Source: an uncultured Gemmatimonadaceae bacterium
GTDB lineage: Bacteria; Gemmatimonadota; Gemmatimonadetes; Gemmatimonadales; Gemmatimonadaceae
Direction of reading: 5' to 3'
DNA length: 64,000 nt
NCBI GenBank assembly: GCA_963829055.1
Contig: CAWHHI010000013.1
Span: 1 to 64,000, forward strand
Part shown: piece after piece, positions 30,910-41,652 of the stretch
Layout: every line of letters starts with the position of its first letter
Numbering within the stretch: position 1 is the first letter of the stretch
Position numbers and translations under genes: made by a program
Notes under the pieces: generated by a model
What the model was told of the DNA's origin: nothing
Database searches by the model: none
Seen by the model: the letters and a program-made list of their open reading frames with translations, nothing else

Positions 30910-32231
30910 CGACGCGCGACACGAGCGGACTCCGACGACGCTCACCATCGGGCACCTGCTGCGCGACCTCGCGCCGCAGGTGCTCGGCGCCGTCGCCCGT
31001 CGCCACGGTGACTTCGCTGCGGCGGAAGATGCCGTGCAGGAAGCGCTGATCGCGGCGGCGGCGCAGTGGCCGCACGACGGCATTCCCGACAATCCACGCG
31101 GCTGGCTCTATCAGGTCGCCATTCGGCGTCTGACGGATCACGTGCGCAGCGAGATCGCGCGCCGCCGTCGCGAGGACGTCGTGGCGACCGAATCGTCGGC
31201 GATCGAGACCGTCGTGCCACGGTCTTCGGCGAGATCGGCGCCGAGGAGGACGACACGCTCATGCTGCTCTTCATGTGCTGTCATCCGGCGCTGACGCCGC
31301 CGTCGGCGATCGCGCTCACGCTGCGCGCCGTCGGCGGCCTGACGACGGCGGAGATCGCGAACGCGTTCCTCGTCCCCGAAGCGACGATGGCGCAGCGCAT
31401 CAGCCGCGCGAAGCAGAGCATCAAGACGTCGAAGGTCGCGTTCCGGCTGCCTAACGACGCCGAGCGCGCCGAGCGACTGAGCGCGGTGCTGCACGTGCTG
31501 TATCTGATCTTCAGCGAGGGGTACACGAGCAGCGTCGGACCGGATCTGCAGCGCACCGATCTCGTCGAACGAGGCGATCCGGCTGACGCGCACTGCTGCA
31601 CGCGATTGCTGCCGAACGACGGCGAGGTCACCGGACTGCTCGCGCTCATGCTGCTCACCGACGCGCGGCGCGCGGCGCGCACGGGCCCGAACGGCGAGCT
31701 GATTCCGCTCGACGAGCAGGATCGCTCGCTCTGGGATCAGCGAGCTGATCGCCGAGGGAGTCGCGCTCGTCTCGCGCGCGTTGTCGCGGGGCGCGATCGG
31801 CCCGTATCAGCTGCAGGCGGCGATCGCGGCGCGTGCACGACGAGGCCGCGCGCGCCGAGGACACGGACTGGCCGCAGATCCTCGCGCTGTACGGGCTGCT
31901 CGAGCGCATGTCGGACAATCCGATGGTGACGCTCAACCGCGCGATCGCGGCGGCGATGGTGCACGGTCCGGCGGTGGGGCTCGAGCTACTTGCAGCCAGC
32001 TCGATGCCGACGCGCGCATCGCGGGACACTATCGTCTCGACGCGGTGCGCGGCCATCTCTACGAGATGGCCGGCGATCCCGAGCGCGCGATCGGCACACT
32101 ACCGCGCCGCGGCGGAGCGCACGACGAGCATCCCGGAGCGGAACTACCTCACCACCAAGGCCGCTCGGCTCGCGGCCGAGCAGCGCAAGGTGGGTGCGAA
32201 AGCCGATACGGCCGTAAAGCCTAACGTGTAA
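30906..32231 (+). CDS. ECF42-type sigma factor (multiple frameshifts)
   Basis: AAEDAVQEAL, DDTLMLLFMCCHPAL, VLYLIFSEGY, DTDWPQILALY, MVTLNRAIA. Confidence 0.85.
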
Positions 32232-32260
32232 CTGGAGCGCCAGCTACGATGACCGTCGAG

Positions 32261-32343
32261 AAGATCCCTCGCTGTCGCTCGGGATGACACGCCGTTTCTC
32301 CGCCGTCCGCCTCCTCCTCCTCCTTCCTCCTTCCTCCTTCCTC
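32261..32343. repeat. Half REP family B (AGATCCCTCGCTGTCGCTCGGGATGACA) plus C/T-rich tandem tract
   Basis: Matches the right arm at 33401-33428; followed by CCTCCTT-type repeats. Confidence 0.8.
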
Positions 32344-32352
32344 GGACCTCCG

Positions 32353-32832
32353 TCAGCGCGTCTTCGCGAGCAACCGATCGAGCGCCTCGTAGCTCTGATT
32401 GAGGCCGCCCTCCATTCCGGAGTTGAGCATTCCGTCGCGCTCTTCCGTGGTGTGGAATAGCGAGGTGGTGACCACTCTCGTCCGTCCGTTGCCAATGTCC
32501 TCGAGCTCCGTGGATTCGACGATCACGTACCCCGGCATGCCGTCCCACTCGAACGTGCGGACGATGCGTTCCTGCGGCGTGACTTCGCGATAGCGGCCCT
32601 CGAAGCCGTGTGTGCCATCGGGCGCGTGCTCGACGTACCGCCAGTGGCCGCCGCGCTCGACCTCCATCCGCTCGATGACGAGCGTGTTGCCGCGCCCCCA
32701 CCACTCGGCAACGAGCTTGGGGTCGGTGAACGCACGCCAGACTCGGTCGACGGAGGCATCGAACACGCGCTCGACGCGGATCTGGCGATCGGACGGCTTG
32801 GTGATCTTGGACCGTGCGGATGTGGTGGTCAT
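32353..32832 (-). CDS. SRPBCC/AHSA1-like START-domain protein
   Basis: ERVFDASVDRVWRAFTDP, GGHWRY, GMEGGLNQSYEALD. Confidence 0.9.
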   Translation of the reverse strand: MTTTSARSKITKPSDRQIRVERVFDASVDRVWRAFTDPKLVAEWWGRGNTLVIERMEVERGGHWRYVEHAPDGTHGFEGRYREVTPQERIVRTFEWDGMPGYVIVESTELEDIGNGRTRVVTTSLFHTTEERDGMLNSGMEGGLNQSYEALDRLLAKTR

Positions 32833-33167
32833 CTGTCATCTCCTTTGGTGCGCTCGAGAAATTCCCCGAGGCTGTCGAGGCGGGCGTCGAGCATCTTCTG
32901 GTACTTTCCGATCCAGGCGGCTTCGTCCGCCAATCGGCGTGGTCCCAGCCGGCACATGCGCACGCGCCCGATCTTCTCCGTCCTAACGAGGCCGGCATCC
33001 TCGAGGAGCCGTACATGCTTCTTCATTCCGGTGAGCGTCATCTCGAACGTTTGCGCGAGCTCGGTGATCGAGGCCTCTCGACGCCCGAGTCGTTCGAGGA
33101 TCCCGCGTCGGGTCGAGTCGGCGACGGCGGCGAACGTGGCGTCCAGGTTTCGCTGATACTGAACCAT
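32829..33167 (-). CDS. ArsR/SmtB family transcriptional regulator
   Basis: FAAVADSTRRGIL...KKHVRLLEDAGLV..KIGR; overlaps the SRPBCC start. Confidence 0.9.
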   Translation of the reverse strand: MVQYQRNLDATFAAVADSTRRGILERLGRREASITELAQTFEMTLTGMKKHVRLLEDAGLVRTEKIGRVRMCRLGPRRLADEAAWIGKYQKMLDARLDSLGEFLERTKGDDR

Positions 33168-33179
33168 GTGGTTCAGTAT
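33156..33179. promoter_or_regulatory. Perfect 11-2-11 palindrome over the ArsR start codon (probable autoregulatory operator)
   Basis: ATACTGAACCA-TG-TGGTTCAGTAT. Confidence 0.75.
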
Positions 33180-33294
33180 ATGTGAGCGCTCGGTTGGGCG
33201 CAATGGGTTCGTTCGACGGGCGAGGGACTGCTTCGACAACACTCTCAGACGAAAGATGAAAACGGATTCGTCTGATCTGACGGATTGACTCCTT

Positions 33295-33530
33295 TGTCAT
33301 CCCGGGGAGCGCCAGCAGGTTGTCATCCCGAGGAGCGCCAGCGACGAGGGAGTCTTCTGTGATGTCATCGTAGTCAGACTGGCCACCATGACGTTCGAGA
33401 AGATCCCTCGCTGTCGCTCGGGATGACAAACGCTGGCGCTCGGGATGATACCGTCGTTTCCTCCGCCCTCCGCCCTCCGCCCTCCGCCTTCCGCCATCCG
33501 CCTCCGCCATCCGCCTTCCGCCTTCCTCAA
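33295..33530. repeat. REP family B (TGTCATCCCGAG..GAGGGA..TCCCTCG..CTCGGGATGACA) plus heptamer tandem tract (CCGCCCT/CCGCCTT)
   Basis: Inverted arms 33295-33450; tandem tract 33460-33530. Confidence 0.85.
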
Positions 33531-33545
33531 GCCTCCGTGGCTCCT

Positions 33546-34595
33546 CTACCGGAAAGGCCCCTCGACCTGCCCGCGAATCTCGCCCGCCGGAAACGCCGAC
33601 GTATGCAGGTCGATGTACACCTTGCCCGGCGCGAGCAGCTTGACGAGTGAGTCGAGCGAGATCGCCGGCCGACCACCCTGCGGGCGAATGTCCGCCGCGC
33701 CAAACGATCCGTTCAGCGCACCGAAGCTCGTGGCCTGTGCACCGATGGGAAGATCCACCAACGTGCCAGCGACGTCCGTCGTGTCGCCCGGGCCGTGCAA
33801 ATGCGCCTCGACCGCCGGGCCTGAAAGGGCCGACCACGTGATCGTGTAGTTGATCCTGTCACCGGTACGGAAGAAGAACGCGACGCCTGCACCGGCCGTC
33901 GGAACCGGATTCGGCTTCACGAGATCGCTCAGCATGAGCGCGGCGTGGTCGAAGTTCGCCGGCGACCGGGTGCTGATGGCGGCGGTGTCACTCGCTGTCA
34001 CGCCATCCTTCGTCAGCGTCGCGGTGATGATCGCCGATGGCAATGCAGGGAACGCGAAGATCGCCGTAACGACGCCCGTGTTCGAGACGATCACGCTTCC
34101 CGGATTGCTCGACGTGAACGTGAAACCCGTTAGGCCATTCAACGGATTGCCACGGGCATCGAGGCCCGTCGTCACGAGCTGCGCGGTGGAGCCGAGCGTG
34201 ACAACGGGGACAGGGCTCGTGACGACGACGGACGCGAGCGCGCGACGCACCAGGACGGTGGCCGTCCCCTGGACGGACCCGGCGCTCGCGGTGATCGTCG
34301 CGACGCCGTCCTCGACGGCGGTGATCGTCGCGGTGCTGCCCGTTCCCACGACGGTTGCGACGGCGGGGTCATCGGACGTCCACGTCAGCGACGGCGAGGG
34401 CACGACCGACTGGTTGGCATCCTTCACCACCGCGGTCACTGTTCGCGTATCGCCGGCGGACGTCATGACGGCATCGGGCGACAGCGTGAGTCCGACAGAA
34501 GCGACGACCGTGTTCGGGTACGCCGGACCATCGTTGTCATAGCCACACCCAGCCAGACCTACACTCGCGCACAGTACGACATATGAAAACCGCAT
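33546..34595 (-). CDS. Lipoprotein with two Ig-like (Big_2) domains and a C-terminal CHRD domain
   Basis: LAGC lipobox; WTSDDPAVATV and FTSSNPGSVIVS; CHRD motifs AHLHGP and YIDLHTSAFPAGEIRGQ. Confidence 0.85.
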   Translation of the reverse strand: MRFSYVVLCASVGLAGCGYDNDGPAYPNTVVASVGLTLSPDAVMTSAGDTRTVTAVVKDANQSVVPSPSLTWTSDDPAVATVVGTGSTATITAVEDGVATITASAGSVQGTATVLVRRALASVVVTSPVPVVTLGSTAQLVTTGLDARGNPLNGLTGFTFTSSNPGSVIVSNTGVVTAIFAFPALPSAIITATLTKDGVTASDTAAISTRSPANFDHAALMLSDLVKPNPVPTAGAGVAFFFRTGDRINYTITWSALSGPAVEAHLHGPGDTTDVAGTLVDLPIGAQATSFGALNGSFGAADIRPQGGRPAISLDSLVKLLAPGKVYIDLHTSAFPAGEIRGQVEGPFR

Positions 34596-35007
34596 CGATC
34601 CTCCTGAAGGTCCGCATTCGGAGCTCGACGCGACGTGCTATCGACCCATCTTCAGTCGACCGCACGCCGGCGAGCCATTGCCTTCAGAAACGTCCCGGCG
34701 CGAACTATCCGGACATGCGGTGTCGCCGTTAGGTGCCGCTACGTATTACCGGTCTGACGGTGCGAACGTCAGCTTCGGCATAGAACGTGTCGTTCCACGC
34801 CATGCCCGGCGTCCGCGACTCTCGGGCTGGAAGTCAGGGTATGCTGACTGTCGACAGCGCCGGGTGGGCTGTACCCTTTACGCGGACCGTAGGCCGCCCA
34901 ATCGGCCAGACGGGACGATAACGCCCGTGCGTCCCGCTCACCAACCGCCGCCGTCCGTCGGCGCGCGGACGCGGTCTCACGCTACAGGCGTTAGGTGCAA
35001 TCCGAAT

Positions 35008-35302
35008 ATGCCGAGACGAAGAACGTACGACAGCCAATTTTCGTATCCATGGAGCGTTCGTGCTGCAATCGCGCGCGCTGTTCGTGCTGCGCGGAATGGT
35101 GACTGCCGGTGCTGTGAGTATCGGACAACACGTCACGCAGCCGGAGGGATTGGACGCGATCGTCGCGGGTGTCGAGGGTCGCCTCTCGGATCCCGCGGGT
35201 GGCGCGTCGCAGACGGCGCTCACGTTCCGTTACAGTGGCCCGGCGCAACTCGCGCGCTGGCAGACGCTGGCCCGAGAGGGCGTCGAGCTGACACTCTCCT
35301 AG
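35008..35302 (+). CDS. Possible small hypothetical protein (probable frameshift near 35060)
   Basis: ORF 35060-35302 looks protein-like; start uncertain. Confidence 0.35.
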
Positions 35303-35486
35303 TCATTCCGAGCGGGTGATGTCATTCCGAGCGAGCGCGAGCGCAGTCGAGGAATCGAGATCCTGCACGATAGAGAGCCCTCTACGCGGTACGATCGCGA
35401 TTCCTCGACTGCGGCCTGCGGCCTCGCTCGGAATGACAACAGATTCCCTCGACTCCGCCGCTTTCGCGGCTCCGCTCGGAATGACA
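35302..35486. repeat. REP-like palindrome family A cluster
   Basis: Two left and two right arms with central TAGAGAGCCCTCTAC. Confidence 0.9.
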
Positions 35487-35733
35487 ACCCTCCGCTCGAG
35501 CCACCAACGTCAGCCACGCACCGGGCCGCCTCCATACGCCACGTGACGTATGAGGTTGCCGTACACTCGACGACAAGCCAACCGGCCCGCACGTTAGGCA
35601 TCATCGAAGCCGAGCTCGCGGCCAAGGTACAGGCCGGTACCATGCTCGCCGACTGGCCAATCAACCACGCGACGTATTGGCGTCGGGCGGCTGACCGTAC
35701 GCTCTGACCCGCCAGCCGTTAGGTTAGGCGGCG

Positions 35734-36561
35734 ATGCCGCCCCGTCACCTCGAAGTCTCCACCGCCAACACCGCGTTCCAGCGCATCGACGTGCTGCGTC
35801 GAAACCGGAACAAGCGGCATCGCTATGGCGAGTTCGTGGTCGAGGGCGTGAGAGCGATCAATGGCGCACTGGCCGCTGGCTGGACGGTCCGCTCCTTCGC
35901 CTACCCGCGTGACCGTCAGCTGTCGCGCTGGGCGACCGACATTCTCGCGACGTCAACGGCAGAGTCGCACCTGGCTGTTGCCCCTGCCCTGTTCGACACG
36001 ATCAGCGAGAAGGAAGACTCGTCCGAGCTGCTGGCGGTCGTCGCCATGCGTCCCGACTCCGTCGAACGAATTCCCACGGGCCCAGGGATGGCCGTCGTGG
36101 TCGTCGATCGTCCCGGCAGCCCCGGCAATCTCGGAACGCTGATCCGCTCGTGCGACGCGTTCGGCGTGGCCGGCGTGATCGTGACGGGCCACGGCGTCGA
36201 CCTCTACGAGCCGGCCACGATCCGCGCGAGTGTCGGCTCCTTCTTCTCCGTCCCGTGCATCGCGCTCGAGTCGCATCGAGAGGTGGCCGAGTGGGTTGGC
36301 GAGCTTCGCGGATCGTACAGCGGACTCACGGTTGTCGGGACGAGTGCGCGGGCGTCATCCGAGCTCCGGGATTTTCACTGGGGAACGGAGGTCGTCCTGC
36401 TCGTCGGCAACGAGACGAACGGGCTCAGTCATGCCTACCGCGAGATGTGCGACGACATCGTGCGCATCCATATGCGAGGGACGGCGACGTCGCTGAACGC
36501 GGCGGTCGCGACGTCCATCGTGCTTTACGAGCTGGACACCCATCGAAGACGGCTCGACTGA
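35734..36561 (+). CDS. TrmH/SpoU family RNA 2'-O-methyltransferase
   Basis: PGNLGTLIRS, VGNETNGLS, TSLNAAVATSIVLYE. Confidence 0.9.
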   Translation: MPPRHLEVSTANTAFQRIDVLRRNRNKRHRYGEFVVEGVRAINGALAAGWTVRSFAYPRDRQLSRWATDILATSTAESHLAVAPALFDTISEKEDSSELLAVVAMRPDSVERIPTGPGMAVVVVDRPGSPGNLGTLIRSCDAFGVAGVIVTGHGVDLYEPATIRASVGSFFSVPCIALESHREVAEWVGELRGSYSGLTVVGTSARASSELRDFHWGTEVVLLVGNETNGLSHAYREMCDDIVRIHMRGTATSLNAAVATSIVLYELDTHRRRLD

Positions 36562-36614
36562 CGACGCCCGTCAGCGCTGTCCGTTGTCGCGTGCGTTCGA
36601 CGTAGAATGAAGTC

Positions 36615-37419
36615 ATGAAGACCCATGACGCAGTTGCGCGAGAGACAGTTGCGCGGGCGACGTACATCGGCGGCCCGACGATCCTCCTCGAGGTCGACGG
36701 GCTCCGTCTGCTCACCGACCCGACGTTCGACCCCGCCGGCTCCGAGTACACGACGCCGGTCTACACGCTTCGCAAGACACAGAGCCCCGCGATTCCGGCC
36801 GAGAACCTCGGGCGCGTGGACGTGGTGCTGCTGAGCCACGACCATCACTTCGACAATCTCGATCGTGCGGGCCGCACCGTCCTCGCGCACGCGCAGCGCG
36901 TGATCACGACGCCCGTCGGAGCTGAGCGCCTCGGGTCACCGGCGGTCGGGGTAATGCCATGGCAGACGATCGAGATCCCGACGCCTAACGAACGGACGCT
37001 GCTCGTGACGGGCACGCCAGCCCGACACGGGCCGCCTGACGGAGACCGCGGGCCGGTCACCGGTTTCGTGGTCAGGCTCGCCGATCGTCCAGATGACGCG
37101 ATCTACATCTCGGGTGACACGGTGTGGTACGACGGGGTGGCGGATGTCGCGCGACGATTTCGCGTGCGCGTGGCCGTGCTGTTCATGGGCGCGGCTCGCG
37201 TACGCGAAGTCGGTCCGGCGCATTCTGACGTTCGCCGCGGGCGAGGGCCCAACGGCCGCCCGTGCGTTTCCCGACGCCGCCATCGTGCCGCTTCACTACG
37301 AGGGATGGGAGCACTTTTCCGAAGGCCGCCCGCTCATCGAGCGCGCGTTCGCCGAGGCTGGGTTGGCATTGCGTGTTCGCTGGCTCGAGCCTGGCGTCCC
37401 GACCGACCTCCGACCCTGA
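36615..37419 (+). CDS. MBL-fold metallo-hydrolase (frameshift near 37225)
   Basis: LTDPTF, SHDHHFDNLD, PARHG, SGDT, VPLHYEGWEHF. Confidence 0.85.
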
Positions 37420-37451
37420 GAGTGCGGCGGACCGCGGAAATTTCACGCGGT

Positions 37452-37478
37452 TGTCGATATCCGATCCGGTCGTTCGAC
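37452..37478 (+). promoter_or_regulatory. ECF42-type promoter TGTCGA-N17-CGAC
   Basis: Consensus match upstream of DGPF 37547. Confidence 0.75.
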
Positions 37479-37546
37479 GTAATCATAGAAGCGGCTCGGT
37501 GTGCGAGCCGCCGAGCAAGCCCCAAACCCGCGATGAGGATCCGACA

Positions 37547-37973
37547 ATGCGATTCATGGTGATGATCAAAGCCGACGCCGAGTCCGAAGCCGGCGTCATG
37601 CCCAGCCAGCAATTGCTCACCGAGATGGGGAAGTACAACGAAGAGCTCGTCAGGGCGGGCGTCATGCTCGCCGGCGAGGGACTTCACCCGAGCTCCAAGG
37701 GCGCGCGCGTCAGGTTCTCCGGGTCCAAGCGCACGGTCGTCGATGGCCCGTTCCCCGAGACGAAGGAGCTCGTCGCCGGATTCTGGCTCATTCAGGTGAA
37801 GTCGAAGGAAGAGGCGATCGAGTGGGTGAAGCGCATGCCCGAACCCGACCGGAGCGGAGTCAGAGATCGAGATCCGCCAGGTCTTCGAGGCCGAGGACTT
37901 CGGGGCGGAGTTCACGCCGGAGCTGCGCGAGCAGGAGGAGCGTCTTCGGGCTGAGGTCGCCGCCCGCGGCTAG
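37547..37973 (+). CDS. YciI/DGPF family protein (frameshift near 37845)
   Basis: MRFMVMIKA, LAGEGLHPSSKG, VVDGPFPETKELVAGFW. Confidence 0.9.
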
Positions 37974-38156
37974 CAGGTCGCGTTGGCAGGCGAGCAGGCC
38001 GTTTGCAGAATTGGCAAGGAACGCGATGGCGAAGCGCCATGCTTCTGGCAATGAGGCCAGAATCGCCTGCCACCAGCATTCGAATTCCAGCACCAGTCGG
38101 CGGCCCTCACGACGCGGGACTTGCACCGGACGCTGCGCGTGGTGTGATTGGGAGCC

Positions 38157-39484
38157 GTGACGGCTTCCGACACCCACCGCACCATCGACGCGGTCTGGCG
38201 CATCGAGTCGGCGAAGCTGATTGCCGGACTCACCCGTATCGTGCACGACGTCGGGCTGGCCGAGGATCTCGCGCAGGACGCGCTGGTCGCGGCACTCGAG
38301 CAGTGGCCTACGTCGGGCGTGCCCGGATAACCCGGGCGCCTGGCTCATGGCCATTGCCAAGCGCCGAGCGATCGACGTGTTACGACGAGGCCCGATGCTC
38401 GATCGCAAGCACGCGGAGATCGGCCACGAGCTCGAGTCGAAGCAGGAGAGCCCCGAGCCGGAGCTCGCCGAGGCGCTCGACGATGAGGTCGGCGACGACC
38501 TGCTGCGCCTCGTCTTCATCGCGTGCCACCCCGTGCTCTCGACCGAAGCGCGCGTCGCGCTCACGCTGCGCCTGCTCGGCGGACTGACGACGGACGAGAT
38601 CGCGCGCGCGTTCCTCGTCCCGGAGTCGACGATCGCGCAGCGCATCGTGCGCGCGAAGCGGACGCTCTCGGACAAGCAAGGTGCCGTTCGAGGTGCCACG
38701 CGGCGCCGAGCTCGCCGCGCGCGTCTCGTCGGTCCTCGAGGTCATCTATCTGATCTTCAACGAGGGCTATTCCGCCACGTCGGGCGACGACTGGGTGCGC
38801 CCGGAGCTCTGTCAGGACGCGCTGCGGCTCGGCCGCATCGTGGCCGAGCTCGCGCCGAACGAGCCGGAGGTGCACGGCCTCGTGGCGCTGATGGAGATCC
38901 AGGCGTCGCGGCTGCGCGCGCGCGTCGGGCCCGACGGGCGAGCCGATCGTACTGCTCGACCAGAATCGCGCGAAGTGGGACCGCGTGCTCATCCAGCGCG
39001 GGCTCGCCGCACTCGAGCGCGCCGAGTCGTTCGGCGGTGCGCTCGGGCCGTTCGCGCTGCAGGCGGCGATCGCCGCGTGTCACGCGCGCGCACGAACGGC
39101 CGGCCGAGACGGACTGGCCGCGCATCGCGTCGCTGTATCAGGCGCTGGCGCAGGTGACGCCGTCGCCGATCGTGGAGTTGAATCGCGCGGTGGCGCTGTC
39201 GATGGCGTTCGGTCCGGCGGCCGGCCTCGCGCTCGTCGACACGCTGACGTCGGAGCCGTCGCTGGCGAAGTATCACCTGCTGCCGAGCGTGCGCGGCGAT
39301 TTCCTGCGGAAGCTGGGTCGATTCGAGGAGGCGCGCGTCGAGCTGGAACGGGCGGCGTCGCTCACGCGAAATGCACGCGAGCGGGAGCTGCTGCTGGAGC
39401 GGGCGCGCGGTTGCGCGGAGAGCGCGAAGGCGGCTGCCGGCGCGAGCGACACGCCTCGCGATGATGCCGTGGCCGCCGACCTAA
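38157..39484 (+). CDS. ECF42-type sigma factor (multiple frameshifts; 3' end approximate)
   Basis: LAEDLAQDAL, DDLLRLVFIACHP, YLIFNEGY, TDWPRIASLY, PIVELNRAVA. Confidence 0.85.
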
Positions 39485-39503
39485 CGTCCACGCCGAGGAG
39501 GCA

Positions 39504-39889
39504 ATGGCGCGGAAGGCGGCGTGGATACGTCTCGATACTGCTGCTGGTCAACACCGGCGGGCTCGGCGTCTACAACGGCGTGACGGAGCTGTCGGACGCG
39601 CAGACGCCGCTTCAGCAAGTCGGTGACGGTCGGCGTGCTGGTCTACGGCGTCCTCGGTCTCGCGGCCGCGGCCGCGCTGGTCGCGCGGCGGCCGGCCGCG
39701 GTGTGGCTGTCGGCCGGGTGGGCGGTCGTCGTGACGTACGTCGCGTCGACGGCGGCGCTGGCGTACGCCGGCGATGACGCGACGATCGGCGGGGCCATCG
39801 CCGGCGGCATCGGGGCGGGGCTGCTCGGCATCTTCGTGGTGTGGTGCGCGCGCGTCAGTACGCGAGCACCGTGCGCTGATACAGGCTGA
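39504..39889 (+). CDS. Small membrane protein (frameshifted)
   Basis: GAGGAGG RBS; four hydrophobic segments across frames. Confidence 0.55.
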
Positions 39890-40090
39890 CAGGATTGAAC
39901 GACGAACTGCGGGAACTGCGGGAACTGCGGGAACTGCAACTCGACAGGATTAGGCAGGATTGGCAGGAATGCAGGATGCTGCCGATCGCATCGTCGATGG
40001 CTCGGCAGCTCCTGCATTCCTGTCAATCCTGCCAATCCGTCGTCGTCTTTGTTGTTGTCTTTGTTGTTGTCTTTGTTGTTTGCGGTTCCC
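39886..40090. repeat. Composite short-repeat tract: (GAACTGCGG)x3, inverted CAGGATTGG/CCAATCCTG arms, (GTCTTTGTTGTT)x3
   Basis: Read directly. Confidence 0.8.
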
Positions 40091-40219
40091 CTGACGTTTC
40101 CTGTCCATTGGCTACATCTCAACAGGAGCCCGACTGGCCTGTACATTGTGCCCGGCAAGAGCGAGCAGCGAGCAGCCATCCTGTCGCGACGTACTCGGAC
40201 CGTGGGAAGGAGCGTCGGA

Positions 40220-41054
40220 ATGTTCAGGACACGTAGGGTCGTCGTCACCGTGTGTTCCCTCGTCGCGGCCTGTGCGGCGCCGGCGTTAGGCCAATCCGTG
40301 CAGTACCGGTCGCCCGCGGGCGTCGAGTATCGGTCGCAGGTCGACACCGGACCGATCGCGCGTGCCCAGGCGGCGCTCACGGCCGATCCGAAGAACGTGC
40401 AGCGCTTCATCGATCTCGGTGTCGCGCAGTCGGGCGCGCGGCAGTTCCGCGAGGCGATCCAGACGTTCACGAGCGGGCTGGCCATCGCGCCTGACAACGC
40501 GATGCTCTACCGGTGGCGCGGGCATCGGCATCTCTCGGTGCGCGAGTTCGACCAGGCGACAGGCCGATCTCACGCACGGCTACAAACTCGACAGCACGAA
40601 CTACGGCATCCTGTATCACCTGGGGATCGTCCGCTACATTCGCGGCGATTTCGCCGGCGCGGCGGCCGCGTTCACGCGCGCGCAGCCGCGCGCGCCGGAC
40701 GCCGGCGAGCTCGCCGGGTCGACCGACTGGTTGTGGATGTCGCTCATGCGCGCGGGGCGCAAAGCAGAGGCGAAGGCGATGCTCGCGCGTCGCCCCGATT
40801 CGCTCGCGGTCGACAACGCGTACGCGCGACGGCTCAAGCTGTATCGCGGCGAGATCGGCCCCGACGCGGTGTTCACACCGGCGGATACGGCGGACGTGCA
40901 GATCGCGACGCTCGCGTATGGTCTCGGCAACTGGTACCTCGTGCACGGCGACACGGCGAAGGCGCGCGCGAACTTCGAGCGATCGGTGAAGTCGGGCGGC
41001 TGGCCGGGCTTTGGATTCATCGTGTCCGAAGTCGAGCTGCGTCGGGTGAAGTAG
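40220..41054 (+). CDS. Exported TPR-repeat protein (frameshift near 40560)
   Basis: Signal peptide; TPR helices FREAIQTFTSGL, LYHLGIVRY, AYGLGNWY. Confidence 0.8.
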
Positions 41055-41206
41055 TGTCATTCCGAGCAGGTTGTCATCCCGAGCGAGCGCAGCGGGGACT
41101 GCTTCGGCGTGAGGCATCCGTTGCTCTCGCCGGCTACGAGTGCCCTCTACCGCGCGGAACGAGGATTCCTCGACTCCGCGCCTTCGGCGCTCCGCTCGGA
41201 ATGACA
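41055..41206. repeat. Hybrid REP family A/B palindrome
   Basis: Starts immediately after the TPR stop; ends in CTCGGAATGACA overlapping the next ATG. Confidence 0.85.
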
Positions 41207-41652
41207 GCACTTCGATACGCGTACTCGGGCAGCGACGAAGTCCCACGTCCTCGACAGCGTCGCGCCCGACGTGTTCGACCACGGGATCGATCCGCGCTGG
41301 CGCGCCGAGTTCTTCGCGGACCCGCGCCATCATCTCGCGGTCGCCCTCGACGATGACCTCGTCGTCGGCATGGCGTCCGGCGTGCACTACGTCCACCCCG
41401 ACAAGGCGCCCGAGCTCTGGATCAACGAAGTCGGCGTGTCGGCGACGCACCAGGGCCAAGGCATCGGACGGCGTCTCCTCGCGCGCTCTGCTCGAGCATG
41501 GCGAGTCGCTCGGATGCGATGAAGCGTGGGTCCTGACGAGTCCCAACAACGCGCCGGCCGTGCGCATGTATACGGCCGCGGGTGGCGTCGTCGGAGACGA
41601 ACCAACCGTGATGTTCACATTCCCCCTTCGCCAACGCGAGCGTGACGGCTGA
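41201..41652 (+). CDS. GNAT family acetyltransferase (frameshifted)
   Basis: VAPDVFD, HYVHPDK..LWINEVGVSATHQGQGIG, EAWVLT..N..AVRMY. Confidence 0.8.

Noticed and set aside
35530..35707. Short protein-like fragment ending ...MLADWPINHATYWRRAADRTL*
   Set aside because: No credible in-frame start or recognisable family; possibly a remnant
36578..36604. TGTCCG-N14-CGACGTA upstream of the MBL hydrolase as an ECF42 promoter
   Set aside because: Spacer is 14 rather than 17 nt; not called, though an indel error is possible
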